From: Hormoscilla sp.
GTDB lineage: Bacteria; Cyanobacteriota; Cyanobacteriia; Cyanobacteriales; Desertifilaceae
Assembly (NCBI GenBank): GCA_051439505.1
Contig: JBFRWI010000086.1
Span: 1-64,000 of the forward strand
Direction: 5' to 3'
Length of the DNA: 64,000 bases
Within the stretch, counting starts at the first letter, position 1, and each line of letters begins with the position of its first letter. Position numbers and translations under genes: made by a program. The notes beneath the pieces were generated by a model, which did not search any database, had not been told where the DNA came from, and worked only from the letters and a program-made list of their open reading frames with translations. Shown one piece after another: positions 39,302-48,820 of this stretch.

Positions 39302-39889
39302 TTATTCCACAATTCCAGGACAAGACTCCTCCGGATTTGATATGACATTGCCTAATTCTTCTATAACCGACGTCATATCCTGCAAGTTTGCTTCTATCGG
39401 TTCTGGTATACAGATCTGCATATTACCTTCTTTCAGATATACAACTCCTGCATAACTTCTCACACAGTCAATCTTAGACGCAGCTACGTGAATTGCCATT
39501 GGCTCGTCATCATCATCCATCGCTATGATAACATAAAGGTAATTTTTTGATTCCTTTGAAGAAACTTCTATATCACTAGACGAGGCAAAAGCTGCTAATG
39601 CAGCTACCTCACTGTCATATTCTTCCTCTACAGATTCGATCGCAAAGTTCAATTTGGCAAAATTTAGGCTAAAGTTTCCTTTCTCAGTGTAGTATGCTTG
39701 CTGCGATCGGCTTGAATTTCCAATGTTAATTGTTGCTTCAGCTTCTCTAGCCTTACAAACTGCTTTTTGGGAAGCTGGCAAGGCAATGCTTGACAAAATT
39801 CCGAGGATGACGATAACCACTAGCAATTCTACTAGCGTCATCCCCCGATCGCATCTTTTCTGCCACAATGTTCTGAGTAAATTATTCAT
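39302..39889 (-). CDS. Type IV pilin-like G/H family protein
   Basis: Class III signal RG|MTLVELLVVIVILGILSSIALP; KAREAEA...R.QQAYY.E.G.F. Confidence 0.88.
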   Translation of the reverse strand: MNNLLRTLWQKRCDRGMTLVELLVVIVILGILSSIALPASQKAVCKAREAEATINIGNSSRSQQAYYTEKGNFSLNFAKLNFAIESVEEEYDSEVAALAAFASSSDIEVSSKESKNYLYVIIAMDDDDEPMAIHVAASKIDCVRSYAGVVYLKEGNMQICIPEPIEANLQDMTSVIEELGNVISNPEESCPGIVE

Positions 39890-39938
39890 GATTACACCCT
39901 CAAATACAATTTTTAACCCTGGTGGTGGGCGGTGCCCA

Positions 39939-42900
39939 CTACATGTCATGATTATTCATACTCAGATAAAAGAGCAAATTGTCCAATGCTTCGGACATTT
40001 GGGTGGCGGCGGGCAGACTCGCTATTATCCCTTGTAACAACCATTTTGCAGTATTCAGTTGCTTTCGTTGTGCCACCTTTTGAGGGTTTGCTCCCACAGA
40101 TGCTAACATATTTACCTGCTCTAATGCTTGCTCTTTATCTTCTGCTGTTAATCCCGGTTCGGTCTCAATTGCTGCTTTTAATTGCTCTAATAGTTCCGGG
40201 AATTTAGGTTTCACTGTACCCCGTAATTCTTGCCATGTCTTGGTAAACTCCGCTGGATTTTGGCAAATCACTGGTAACCAAGTAGCGCAGGGAAATTCAT
40301 CCTCTAACCCTTGCAGCTTTTCCCGCGCTTCCCGCACTGCTACATATAAGGTTTTGCCGCTGGCATATGCTTGCAGTAAATTATTTAAAAATGCTTGGGC
40401 TACTGGGTTGGGCACCGGTTCCCGCATGACAATTATCTGCGGTATGTGCAAGTTCTCTAGCTGTCTTGCTAACCCTAATCCATCGCATGAGTTGAAGATC
40501 GCTAGCTGCAATCCTCGCCCGATCGCATATATTAAGGCTTTTTCTAATTCTTCCAGCTTGATGTCCCTGTCCCCCAGTTGAAAACGACCGCTGTTCCCAT
40601 CTGTTTTGCTGGTACTATGGCCCGAAAAACAGAGTATGTCCCAACCCCGATCGTCCCACAGACTGCTATCCAGTGAGGCGCGATCGGGCTTTACCAAAAA
40701 TACGGATTCGGCATCGGGGAGACTCTGTAGAAGTTCCCTGTCTTTTTCGACATCAATCCCTTCGTCATCACCCATGACGGCTAATATTCGGATCTTTTCT
40801 CTGTCAGGGACTGACTTTTTGATGCGGTTTCCCTCGGGCAGACTCAGGGCCACTTCCGCCGATCGGTATTCCTGGAAAAAATCCCACAGATGCCAGGGAA
40901 GGCGTCGCAGTTGGGAGTCTTCTGATTGTACGATGACTCGCACTCTATCCTCGGGATTAAATTGGGAGCGCAATTTCTTCTGAATGGGATAAAATGCCTC
41001 GGAGTTCAGCCAACTATCCAACTGCTTTTCCAACTCCTTGGCTAACTTTTTCATATCTCTCTTCACATCCGGCATGTCCCGATCGGACAGCTGGGATACT
41101 TGACCTGGCTTTTTCTTGATGCGGGACTTCAACCCTTGATTCTCATGTAACCGTCGCAGATGTTCGTGTTTCCCCTGCCATTCCTGATAGAGTCGGGGAA
41201 TTTCTGGTTGGGGCGGTAATTTGCCAGGGAAGTTCTTGGGCAGAGAATGACCATCCGACCAAATCTGCGCTTTGACAGCGATAAACCCTTGCGCACAATT
41301 CCCTGGCCCCAAATCGATGACTACTAATCTATCTGAGATAATTGGATTTTTGGGAAAGGGCATGGGGTGAGTTGCCACATACTCGAGGATGCGTTTTAAG
41401 CTAGCGTTATGCTCGCGAAATCGTTTAATCAGTGCTTCTTTACCCTCCAGTTTTAGCTTATATTTCTCCTCTAATGATTTTATACTCTGTTCGTATATTT
41501 GCATAAACTCGTGATGAATTCTGGCTTTGCTAGTCTCCGGCGGCACGGCGACTTTCACAACTATTACGCCCTCTCCTTTGTTTTCGATGCCCTGAATATA
41601 GAGTTCCGTACCTTCATTCTCTACTTGCAGCTGTTTGAAGGATGACATGAATGCTCTCCAGTCTATGCCATCCCGGAAGATCAAGTCAACGGTATTCAAA
41701 ACTTCTTGAAAGAGACTGGTAAAGTCTCCCGGGGCAAATTCGCCGCTGCTGGGACGGCGTTCCCTGTCGTCCGTGCCCGGTTTGGGATGTTCCAGCAGAT
41801 ACACATATCTCGACTCGACATCATCTAGCTGTGTGCTGCTGTCTATGTTCCAATTTTCTAGGCTAACTCCTGTCATTTGTGCCCAGGTGAAGTTCGCACT
41901 AATGACTTGCACTTCTGTCAGGTTTGCCCCGTCTAAACAGGCTGCATGGAGAGAGGCTTCTGTTAAGTCCGCTGTCCTCAAATTGGCATCCTTGAGATGC
42001 GCACTATTTAAGTTAGCGCCTCGGAGGTTCGCACCTTCATAGTTTTTGCCCTCACCATCTCCGCTGACCAGTAAATCCCGCACTTTTGGGTCTATTAAGA
42101 TGGTATCATCAACTCGGGCGTAGTTCAGCTCTCGGGCTTGCCACCAGAATGTGCGAGTGGTGTTCGCTATTTGGAAATTACTGCTCTTCAGGGTGGCGTT
42201 GCTGAAGTTGGCATCGGTTAAGTTGGCATCCCTAAAGCTGGTTCCCCCGATCGCGCCTAGGAAAATGCCAATTTGGCGAATAAGATTGTATTGGGGGTCT
42301 TCCGCCAGTACTTGCCGGGCTATTTTACTGCTCAAATACACGATCGTAGCTGCGATCGCTACAGCGCTAATAACTGCTAGTATTTGTAGCGACTGTGATA
42401 GTATTATTTGTCGCGGCGGCACTACCAAGACCTTAATATCTTGATGCTTTTGCGGGCAAAAAGATTCCAATAAATTTTGATTAGTGATGGCATAAACTAT
42501 GACAGCATAAATGCCTGCGCCTGCGAAGGCTAAACTGCTAACTATAGGTTCAGGAACAATGGTGGCTAAAGCTACTTTGCCGATCGAATACACGACAGCA
42601 ACTGCGATCGCTACAGCGCTAAGAACTGCTAGTATTTGTAGCAGTTCTAATATACCAGATTCCTTGATTTGTGGTGGAAAATATTTCGGGCAGAGATATC
42701 TGGCTCTGTTTTTGGTCGTGATGGCAGCAACGATGACAGCTAAAGTGCCTGCGCCTGCGATCGCCAAGTTGCTGACTCTGGGAGAGGTGACAATGGTGGC
42801 TAAAACTACGGCGAGGGCGAGGGCGATAATGGCGGCGGTAGTAGCAGCCACAGCTATGAAGAAACCAATTATTACTACGGCGATCGGTCTATCGGTTCCC

Positions 42901-43400
42901 TGGGTTGTAGCCTCGATAAAAACCGTCAGTTGAAACCCTCTAAACCAATCGGTCAATTTCGAGTTATCGTTGCCCAAAGCACTTAAAATTCCAATCACGG
43001 GGATGGCGATCGCCACGCTAGCAACGACTGTCATCAATGCTTTTTGCAGTCCTTGATGCAGAGTAATCTTTAAAATAGCGAGGCTGGTTAAGATGTTCGC
43101 CACACTGGCGAGAAAATAGTCTTCCTGCGAGGGGCTAGGAAGGATATATCTGATGGGAATATAGCCCTCGATCGCGGCTGCTGCGCCGGCAATGACTGAC
43201 AGAAGTGCTGCTAGGAGAAATATGGCTATTGCCCAACTCGGTTGCAGTCCCGCTTTGGCATAAGTGAAGTTGGCACCTTCTAGGTTGGCACCTGTAAAGT
43301 CGGCACTTCTAATGTCGCTGCGGGAAAAGTCCGCACCTTGTAGGTCTTCATTTTTGAAAGAACGTCCTTGATGAGAACGGCGATCTAGATTTAGAAACAT
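39939..43400 (-). CDS. Membrane protein: pentapeptide repeats + multi-TM region + coiled coil + CHAT (caspase-like) protease domain
   Basis: A(D/N)LxxA repeats; hydrophobic block; LRRLPWHLW; His in LCFSGHS and Cys in IFNSCDG; REAREKLQ..E..FPCATWLPVI. Confidence 0.88.
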   Translation of the reverse strand: MFLNLDRRSHQGRSFKNEDLQGADFSRSDIRSADFTGANLEGANFTYAKAGLQPSWAIAIFLLAALLSVIAGAAAAIEGYIPIRYILPSPSQEDYFLASVANILTSLAILKITLHQGLQKALMTVVASVAIAIPVIGILSALGNDNSKLTDWFRGFQLTVFIEATTQGTDRPIAVVIIGFFIAVAATTAAIIALALAVVLATIVTSPRVSNLAIAGAGTLAVIVAAITTKNRARYLCPKYFPPQIKESGILELLQILAVLSAVAIAVAVVYSIGKVALATIVPEPIVSSLAFAGAGIYAVIVYAITNQNLLESFCPQKHQDIKVLVVPPRQIILSQSLQILAVISAVAIAATIVYLSSKIARQVLAEDPQYNLIRQIGIFLGAIGGTSFRDANLTDANFSNATLKSSNFQIANTTRTFWWQARELNYARVDDTILIDPKVRDLLVSGDGEGKNYEGANLRGANLNSAHLKDANLRTADLTEASLHAACLDGANLTEVQVISANFTWAQMTGVSLENWNIDSSTQLDDVESRYVYLLEHPKPGTDDRERRPSSGEFAPGDFTSLFQEVLNTVDLIFRDGIDWRAFMSSFKQLQVENEGTELYIQGIENKGEGVIVVKVAVPPETSKARIHHEFMQIYEQSIKSLEEKYKLKLEGKEALIKRFREHNASLKRILEYVATHPMPFPKNPIISDRLVVIDLGPGNCAQGFIAVKAQIWSDGHSLPKNFPGKLPPQPEIPRLYQEWQGKHEHLRRLHENQGLKSRIKKKPGQVSQLSDRDMPDVKRDMKKLAKELEKQLDSWLNSEAFYPIQKKLRSQFNPEDRVRVIVQSEDSQLRRLPWHLWDFFQEYRSAEVALSLPEGNRIKKSVPDREKIRILAVMGDDEGIDVEKDRELLQSLPDAESVFLVKPDRASLDSSLWDDRGWDILCFSGHSTSKTDGNSGRFQLGDRDIKLEELEKALIYAIGRGLQLAIFNSCDGLGLARQLENLHIPQIIVMREPVPNPVAQAFLNNLLQAYASGKTLYVAVREAREKLQGLEDEFPCATWLPVICQNPAEFTKTWQELRGTVKPKFPELLEQLKAAIETEPGLTAEDKEQALEQVNMLASVGANPQKVAQRKQLNTAKWLLQGIIASLPAATQMSEALDNLLFYLSMNNHDM

Positions 43401-43468
43401 GGTTTTGGTGAATGTTGTTGTTACGTAGGGCGGGCGTCTCGCCTGCCCGGGAAGAGGACATAGGGCTG

Positions 43469-43680
43469 AATGGCACAGACTTAAGGGACAAAGTTATTAA
43501 TGTCATTGCGAGGGGGGTGGGAAAGCGAAAAATCATCATCTTACATTAGCATCCCCCCCGAAGCAATCTCCTGGGGAGCTGTTGGTGGGGAGATTGCTTC
43601 GGGGGGTCTGTTGGCGGAGTTCCCCAAAATCTCGGTTTGGGATCGCCCCCTCGCAATGACAGCTTAAGTCAGTGACCATT
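43469..43680. mobile_element. MITE-like element with TGTCATTGCGAG core in a different outer IR
   Basis: Outer IR AATGGCACAGACTTAAG / CTTAAGTCAGTGACCATT; inner IR 43501-43661. Confidence 0.7.
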
Positions 43681-43969
43681 ACTCGTACTCACGATCTACC
43701 TCATGTAGGGCTTTGTAAATCACCTCATCGCTAACCCCCCGACGCCTTAAACTATCTATCAACACCGATACTTTATCATTTTCCAATCGTTCCATATCTA
43801 CCCGCAAACCCTGACCAATATAAGCCCGCATTAATGGTTGATAACCAGAAAATCCCAGCACTAGCGCAACCTGTTTCAGGTCTGACACCACGTCCTCGGG
43901 CATGCGAATCGTTACCTCGGTCATGGGACGATTTTTATCCAATCTTTTTCGCAAAACTTCAGGTTTCAT
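43679..43969 (-). CDS. CopG/BrnA-like antitoxin-type DNA-binding protein (no intact toxin adjacent)
   Basis: RPMTEVTIRMPEDVV.DLK.VA..LGFSGYQPL.RAYI motif. Confidence 0.7.
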   Translation of the reverse strand: MKPEVLRKRLDKNRPMTEVTIRMPEDVVSDLKQVALVLGFSGYQPLMRAYIGQGLRVDMERLENDKVSVLIDSLRRRGVSDEVIYKALHEVDREYE

Positions 43970-44076
43970 GGTCTTACCGTTCCTTGCGCTTGGTTGGGCC
44001 GATCGCCCCATTACCGCTGGCGATATCGCCATACAGCACCGGTGATGACCGATCGGGGGGGGGACGCGGGTAGACC

Positions 44077-44250
44077 AGAAACCGGGTTTCTGCGATGATT
44101 TTCGCATTACTACCGAGATCTTCAAAGAAACCCGGTTTCTCAACTCCCACCCGACGATCCCGTTTTGAAGACCAGAAACCGGGTTTCTGCGAGAATTTTC
44201 GCATCTACACCGAGATCTTGAAAGAAACCCGGTTTCTCAACTCCCACCAG
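44077..44250. repeat. Two tandem AGAAACCGGGTTTCT...AGAAACCCGGTTTCT units (another at ~49890-49952)
   Basis: Direct reading of paired palindromes. Confidence 0.85.
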
Positions 44251-44605
44251 AATATAGATCCAACTCCTGAATCAATCATCCAACATTTTTAGTATATACC
44301 TCCAACGCCTGAATAGATCATTTAATTGCCTAAAAAAAATGTTAAATTGTATGAACACAAAAAAATCAGCGCATGACAAAATTACTCAATGCCATTGAGT
44401 AGTAAATTAAAATATTTAAAGCCAAGCATTTTGACTTTTGAGAATGTTTTAAAACGCTTATGGTGCGCGGATTTGCTGGCATTTATGATTGTTGAATTTC
44501 ATATTATTAAACTCCAGGTAACGAGTTGTATGCAACCGGTGAACGAGGGCTGCCCAACCGGTGGTGAAAAGGATGCACCGGTGGGCGGTGCCGGCGGTAC
44601 ACACC

Positions 44606-45532
44606 CTACAGGTGAAAGTCTTGAGTTACTTTCGCTTCTCCCAGGGTCACGGCAACGGTGAACTGTTCCCCCTCCTCCGCGCTGAATTCCAATTGAATAA
44701 AGTTGTCTGCTTCTCTGGAAAATGTTTCCAATACCTCCTCTCCTGATTCATCGATGACTATTAGTTTCAACCCCGATGGCAAGTAGATTTCATCTTTGGC
44801 AGGATGCACTTGCACCCTCATGTCTACTTCCATTTCGTCTGCGCCTGAAAGCAGGGAGACAACCAAGGCAACTGATTTCCCTTCTAGTTGCAGTCCTAAG
44901 TCAATCTCCCGACCCCGCGTGATTTCTAATGGCCTGTATCCCAGGGCAAAATTCATTTGTTCGCTGCTTAAAAGTTCTGACAATGTTTGCCAACTAGACT
45001 CGAACTGCTTATCGAACCATTGCCGCAAGTTGACTGGTTCTGCTTGGCGAATTTCACTCATGTACAGCAGCATTTCTTCGGGCGATCGCAGTTGAGTCAG
45101 AGGCACTTCCCGGGCGGGGGTTCTGACAAATCCCAAGACCGTCGCTTCTCGAAGAGATTGACTCAACCTGACAGCTACATAACCAACTCTATCCGACCAA
45201 ACCTCCGCAGGAATATGCATCACTTCGGCATTTGGCAAGACGGGGCGACATTCTAATTTGCCCAACTGCTTGACATCTAAATCTGCCACATCCAGGAATT
45301 TCAGCATCAGGGAGTTGCGACTGTCGCTACTTTCCCAATTGCTTTCCCATCCCATGCAGCGCAGGTAATATTCCACCGCGTAGACTGCTAAGCTATTCAG
45401 ATACACCTGTTTGCCTTTGCGCGGATGGGGTTGCTGGCGGCGACATTCTTGGGCAATTTCGTGGGCGCTAAAGGATAGGATAACTGTAAAAGTCAATGGT
45501 TCTGTTTCTGCTACTTTGCTCATCTTTAACAT
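44606..45532 (-). CDS. DUF1822 family protein
   Basis: KQVYLNSLAVYAV..YL, VADL....GKLECRPV, DRVGYVAV, VNLRQWF, QVHP....YLP.GLKL. Confidence 0.9.
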   Translation of the reverse strand: MLKMSKVAETEPLTFTVILSFSAHEIAQECRRQQPHPRKGKQVYLNSLAVYAVEYYLRCMGWESNWESSDSRNSLMLKFLDVADLDVKQLGKLECRPVLPNAEVMHIPAEVWSDRVGYVAVRLSQSLREATVLGFVRTPAREVPLTQLRSPEEMLLYMSEIRQAEPVNLRQWFDKQFESSWQTLSELLSSEQMNFALGYRPLEITRGREIDLGLQLEGKSVALVVSLLSGADEMEVDMRVQVHPAKDEIYLPSGLKLIVIDESGEEVLETFSREADNFIQLEFSAEEGEQFTVAVTLGEAKVTQDFHL

Positions 45533-45556
45533 ATCTGTTTGTTAGTCCTTAGTTAA

Positions 45557-46189
45557 TCAGTCCTGTAAATAATTATCGAAATAGGACTGGAATTTTCGCA
45601 AATTGCGCTTAAAAAAATTAGCAAGAGTTGAAACTGGGATTCCCATTGTCTGAGAAATACTCTCCCAGGTCTGGTCTTCAACGTATTTCGCCCAGGCGAT
45701 CGATTGAAAGGTGACGTCCGGACGCCCTCTGATATGTTCGGCCCGCAAAAGGTTTTCCGGGTCATCTGCTAGAAATTCTCGTACCAGTTCCGCGTCGGAG
45801 TCAACTGTTTCCGTTTGTTCCGAATCTAGGTCTATTTCCTCTAGGGATGGGATGGAAACGTTTCGTCTGTTCCGATTCTGATGTTCGCCGACAACATTTA
45901 AAAACTCATAACGCAGCATGTTGTTCACCCACGCCATGACTGGGTGTTCCGAATTGTATTCGTCAATAGTTTCGCAAATCTTCTGGAAGGTTCGCGAAAC
46001 TGCTTCATCATAAAGGTCTCGATAAACATTAGCTGGCCAATTCCCCCTTTGGGGATGACCGAGTTGGTTCGATCGCGTAATTTCATCTATTAACGAATTT
46101 AATGCTTGCTGTCGTTCCCTACTTTGCGCTCTCGTATTCTGAGCTTTTTGGGCGATCGCTTGCAGTCGGCGATCGAATTCATCTGTCAT
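45557..46189 (-). CDS. Sigma-70/ECF-like sigma factor of the DUF1822-associated type
   Basis: DLYDEAV...ICE.ID.Y.......WVN..L region-2-like segment; C-terminal HTH W.SIS..MGIPVSTLANFF.RNL; AGGAG RBS before ATG 46189. Confidence 0.75.
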   Translation of the reverse strand: MTDEFDRRLQAIAQKAQNTRAQSRERQQALNSLIDEITRSNQLGHPQRGNWPANVYRDLYDEAVSRTFQKICETIDEYNSEHPVMAWVNNMLRYEFLNVVGEHQNRNRRNVSIPSLEEIDLDSEQTETVDSDAELVREFLADDPENLLRAEHIRGRPDVTFQSIAWAKYVEDQTWESISQTMGIPVSTLANFFKRNLRKFQSYFDNYLQD

Positions 46190-46358
46190 TTGACTCTCCT
46201 TATTGCTATTAACTGTCACTTATCTCTTGGTCCGCTGACCCGCCGGTTTTCCCGCTGGTCCGCCGGTTTTCCCGCCGGTCCGGGGTGGCAACCACCGGCG
46301 GGCGATCGGGAAAGCTGCAATCCGACGATCGCCGGTGAATACCAGACCCAATCATTGA

Positions 46359-46403
46359 GCCTCTACTCTGTATTTGCCTGACGGGGGTAATTTTTTTCTC
46401 AAA
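46359..46403 (-). promoter_or_regulatory. Candidate promoter/operator of the sigma gene, sharing its core with the triplicated repeat
   Basis: Minus strand TTTGAGAAAAAAATT-N12-CAAAT-N7-AGAGGC aligns without gaps to TTTGCGAAAAAAACT-N12-CAAAT-N7-GGAGGC. Confidence 0.45.
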
Positions 46404-46448
46404 ATCATGGAATTGTTACAAAACTTTACATTTCGGGAGCGTCCAAAA

Positions 46449-46935
46449 AAATTCCTGTGATTTGCGAAAAAAAGTGGGCTGTACTTCCAAATGTTAATAG
46501 GAGGCAGGGACGAGGGGCGCCGGTCGGTGCCGGTGTAACGATGGCGTTCGTAGTGAGGACTTTAGTCCTCTCCAGGGCTAAAACCCTGACCGAGAACCGG
46601 TGAAACGCCAGTCCTAGGAGCCGGTGGAGGGCAGTTCCAGAAATTTTCTGTGATTTGCGAAAAAAACTGGGCTGTAAATCCAAATGTTAATAGGAGGCAG
46701 GGACGAGGGGCGCTGGTCGGTGCCAGTGTAACGCTGGCGTTCGTAGTGAGGACTTTAGTCCTCTCCAGGGCTCAAACCCTGACCGAGAACTGGTGCTACC
46801 TGTCCTCGGAGCCAGGGCCGGGCAGTTCGGTGAAAATTTTCACCAGATTTGCGAAAAAAACTGGGCTGTAAATCCAAGTCTTAATAGGAGGCAGGGACGA
46901 GGGGCGCTGGTCGGTGCCGGTGTAACGATGGCGAT
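46449..46935 (+). repeat. ~193-bp tandem repeat, 2.5 copies, upstream of the PEP-CTERM array
   Basis: GATTTGCGAAAAAAA...TTAATAGGAGGCAGGGACGAGGGGCGC.GGTCGGTGCC.GTGTAACG starting at 46459, 46652 and 46846. Confidence 0.93.
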
Positions 46936-46983
46936 CGCTCGTTCAAGTTCACGTAATTTATATTCCAAGGAGGAAATTGTCCT

Positions 46984-47862
46984 ATGAACGCAATTAATAA
47001 ATTCTCAATGGCTACGCTTTCGTCAGCAATTGTCCTTTCAGGAACAGCCGCATCATCTGTGCAAGCAGCAACCTTATCTCCGGAGCCACAGCCGATCGAT
47101 TTAAGCACTTGGAAACAGGAACGTTTGCCAACGAATCGCAATTGGATGCGGGATAATGGCAATTGGGAAGTGAGTCCTGACGGAAAATCAGTGCTGCAAA
47201 CAATCAATGGAAAGCCAACTTTCTTTGTCAGTCCCGACGACTTTATCAACACGACCATCAACGGGAAAATTAAGGTCGAAACCCATATAGATGACGATTT
47301 GATCGGATTTGTGTTTGGTTATCAATCACCAGCAGTTAATCAATTCGATTTGATGCTGTTTGATTGGAAACAAACGGAACAAACTGTAGATAACTTAGGA
47401 AAAGCTCACGAAGGTTTCAGTTTAGCTAAAGTCGATGAAACGCTTAATAAATATAGTCCTTTTTGGAAACGGAAAAACGACACTGGTTTCAATGTGCTTG
47501 CATCTGACTATGGCAGTCGCAAGGGATGGAAAGATGAGACTGAACATGACTTTACTCTGCTTTATCAAAGCGATCGCGTCAAGATTGACATTGATGGAAA
47601 GACCATCTTTGATATTAGCGCAGATGAAGTAGGTGGAGAGTTTCAGGCCGGTCGCTTCGGTTTTTATAACTTTTCTCAAGGGGATGTTCTTTATTCGGGG
47701 TTTACCCAGAATGACATTCCACCCACCCCATCCACCCCATCCACCCCACCCAAAACTGTACCCGAACCATCTTCTGGATTGGGTTTATTGGCTTTTGGTG
47801 CAGTCGGTGCCGGTTCCCTGCTGAAGCGCAAGTTGCAAAAGAAAGCTTCTCTTAGCGCGTGA
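46984..47862 (+). CDS. PEP-CTERM surface protein with thrombospondin C-terminal (TSP_C)-like domain
   Basis: Signal peptide; DDDLIGFVFGYQ, WKQ and GRFGFYNFSQ; VPEPSS-TM-KRK tail. Confidence 0.85.
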   Translation: MNAINKFSMATLSSAIVLSGTAASSVQAATLSPEPQPIDLSTWKQERLPTNRNWMRDNGNWEVSPDGKSVLQTINGKPTFFVSPDDFINTTINGKIKVETHIDDDLIGFVFGYQSPAVNQFDLMLFDWKQTEQTVDNLGKAHEGFSLAKVDETLNKYSPFWKRKNDTGFNVLASDYGSRKGWKDETEHDFTLLYQSDRVKIDIDGKTIFDISADEVGGEFQAGRFGFYNFSQGDVLYSGFTQNDIPPTPSTPSTPPKTVPEPSSGLGLLAFGAVGAGSLLKRKLQKKASLSA

Positions 47863-47953
47863 CATCCCCCCGTCCTACGAACATATCTCAAGGAGAAACA
47901 AACAAGGAAAAACAAACATTGCCAAACTGTTCACCTTTTTGGAGGAAAAATCA

Positions 47954-48709
47954 ATGACTAAGTTAAGATGTAATTCTGCTGCAATCAAACATAGCCTGAC
48001 TGGAACGCTGCTGACACTCGGTCTGTTAATGACTGAAACCAATCAAGCAATTGCTGCCACTATCACTACAACCCTTACAGCCGACAACTACTACGGTCTC
48101 TATTATGGTAATGCTGACGGTAGTGATCTGACCTTTGTTGGTCGAAATGGCAAGGGGACTTTTCATGTTCCAGACAAGAATCCGCCTGTCCCCCTCTCTC
48201 CTTGTTCTGGTCTTCAGTGGGCTTGCCCTGAAGCCTGGGAATTCAACATGGACCCCGGCGATTACATATATGTCCTAGCCTGGGACTATGGCGGTTTGGG
48301 ATGGTGGCTTGGTGAGTTCCAAACACCAGATGGTTTGCTTCTGTCAAATACTAGCGATTGGGAATACACAACTGCTGGTCCCCACTCCGGTATTTCCGGT
48401 GACCTTCCCTCCCTGACAGATGTTAAGACCCAAATAGCTAGCGCCACTTGGTCTACTCCACAATTCTTGGTTTCAAATAATCCTTCTTCTAAGGGTACGA
48501 TTTCACAAGACATCTCTTTGGACGCTGATTATCTATGGAGCAATGGTCCCAACCATAGCGATTTTCTAATTTTCAGAACGAAAAAACCTGTTGTCTCCGA
48601 GACAGTCCCCGAACCGAGTTCTCTGCTGGGCTTACTTGCCTTTGGTGCTGTCGGTACGGGTTCGCTGCTGAAGCGCAAGTTGCAAAAGAAAGCTTCTCTT
48701 AGCGCCTGA
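47954..48709 (+). CDS. PEP-CTERM surface protein
   Basis: Signal peptide; TADNYY.LY.G beta-rich domain; VPEPSS-TM-KRK tail. Confidence 0.85.
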   Translation: MTKLRCNSAAIKHSLTGTLLTLGLLMTETNQAIAATITTTLTADNYYGLYYGNADGSDLTFVGRNGKGTFHVPDKNPPVPLSPCSGLQWACPEAWEFNMDPGDYIYVLAWDYGGLGWWLGEFQTPDGLLLSNTSDWEYTTAGPHSGISGDLPSLTDVKTQIASATWSTPQFLVSNNPSSKGTISQDISLDADYLWSNGPNHSDFLIFRTKKPVVSETVPEPSSLLGLLAFGAVGTGSLLKRKLQKKASLSA

Positions 48710-48820
48710 CGTTCCCCCCGGACTACGAACCGCTGCCCGATCGCCCTCTTGTTCCGTGCGATCGGGCCCCTGGGCCTCCCCAAGTTCACGAAATTGAAAT
48801 CTCAAGGAGAAACGAATCCT

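Noticed and set aside
46449..46935. CRISPR or small-ORF array in the 193-bp repeats
   Set aside because: The repeat is far too long with only short variable linkers; the ORFs differ in frame and start between copies despite GGAGG
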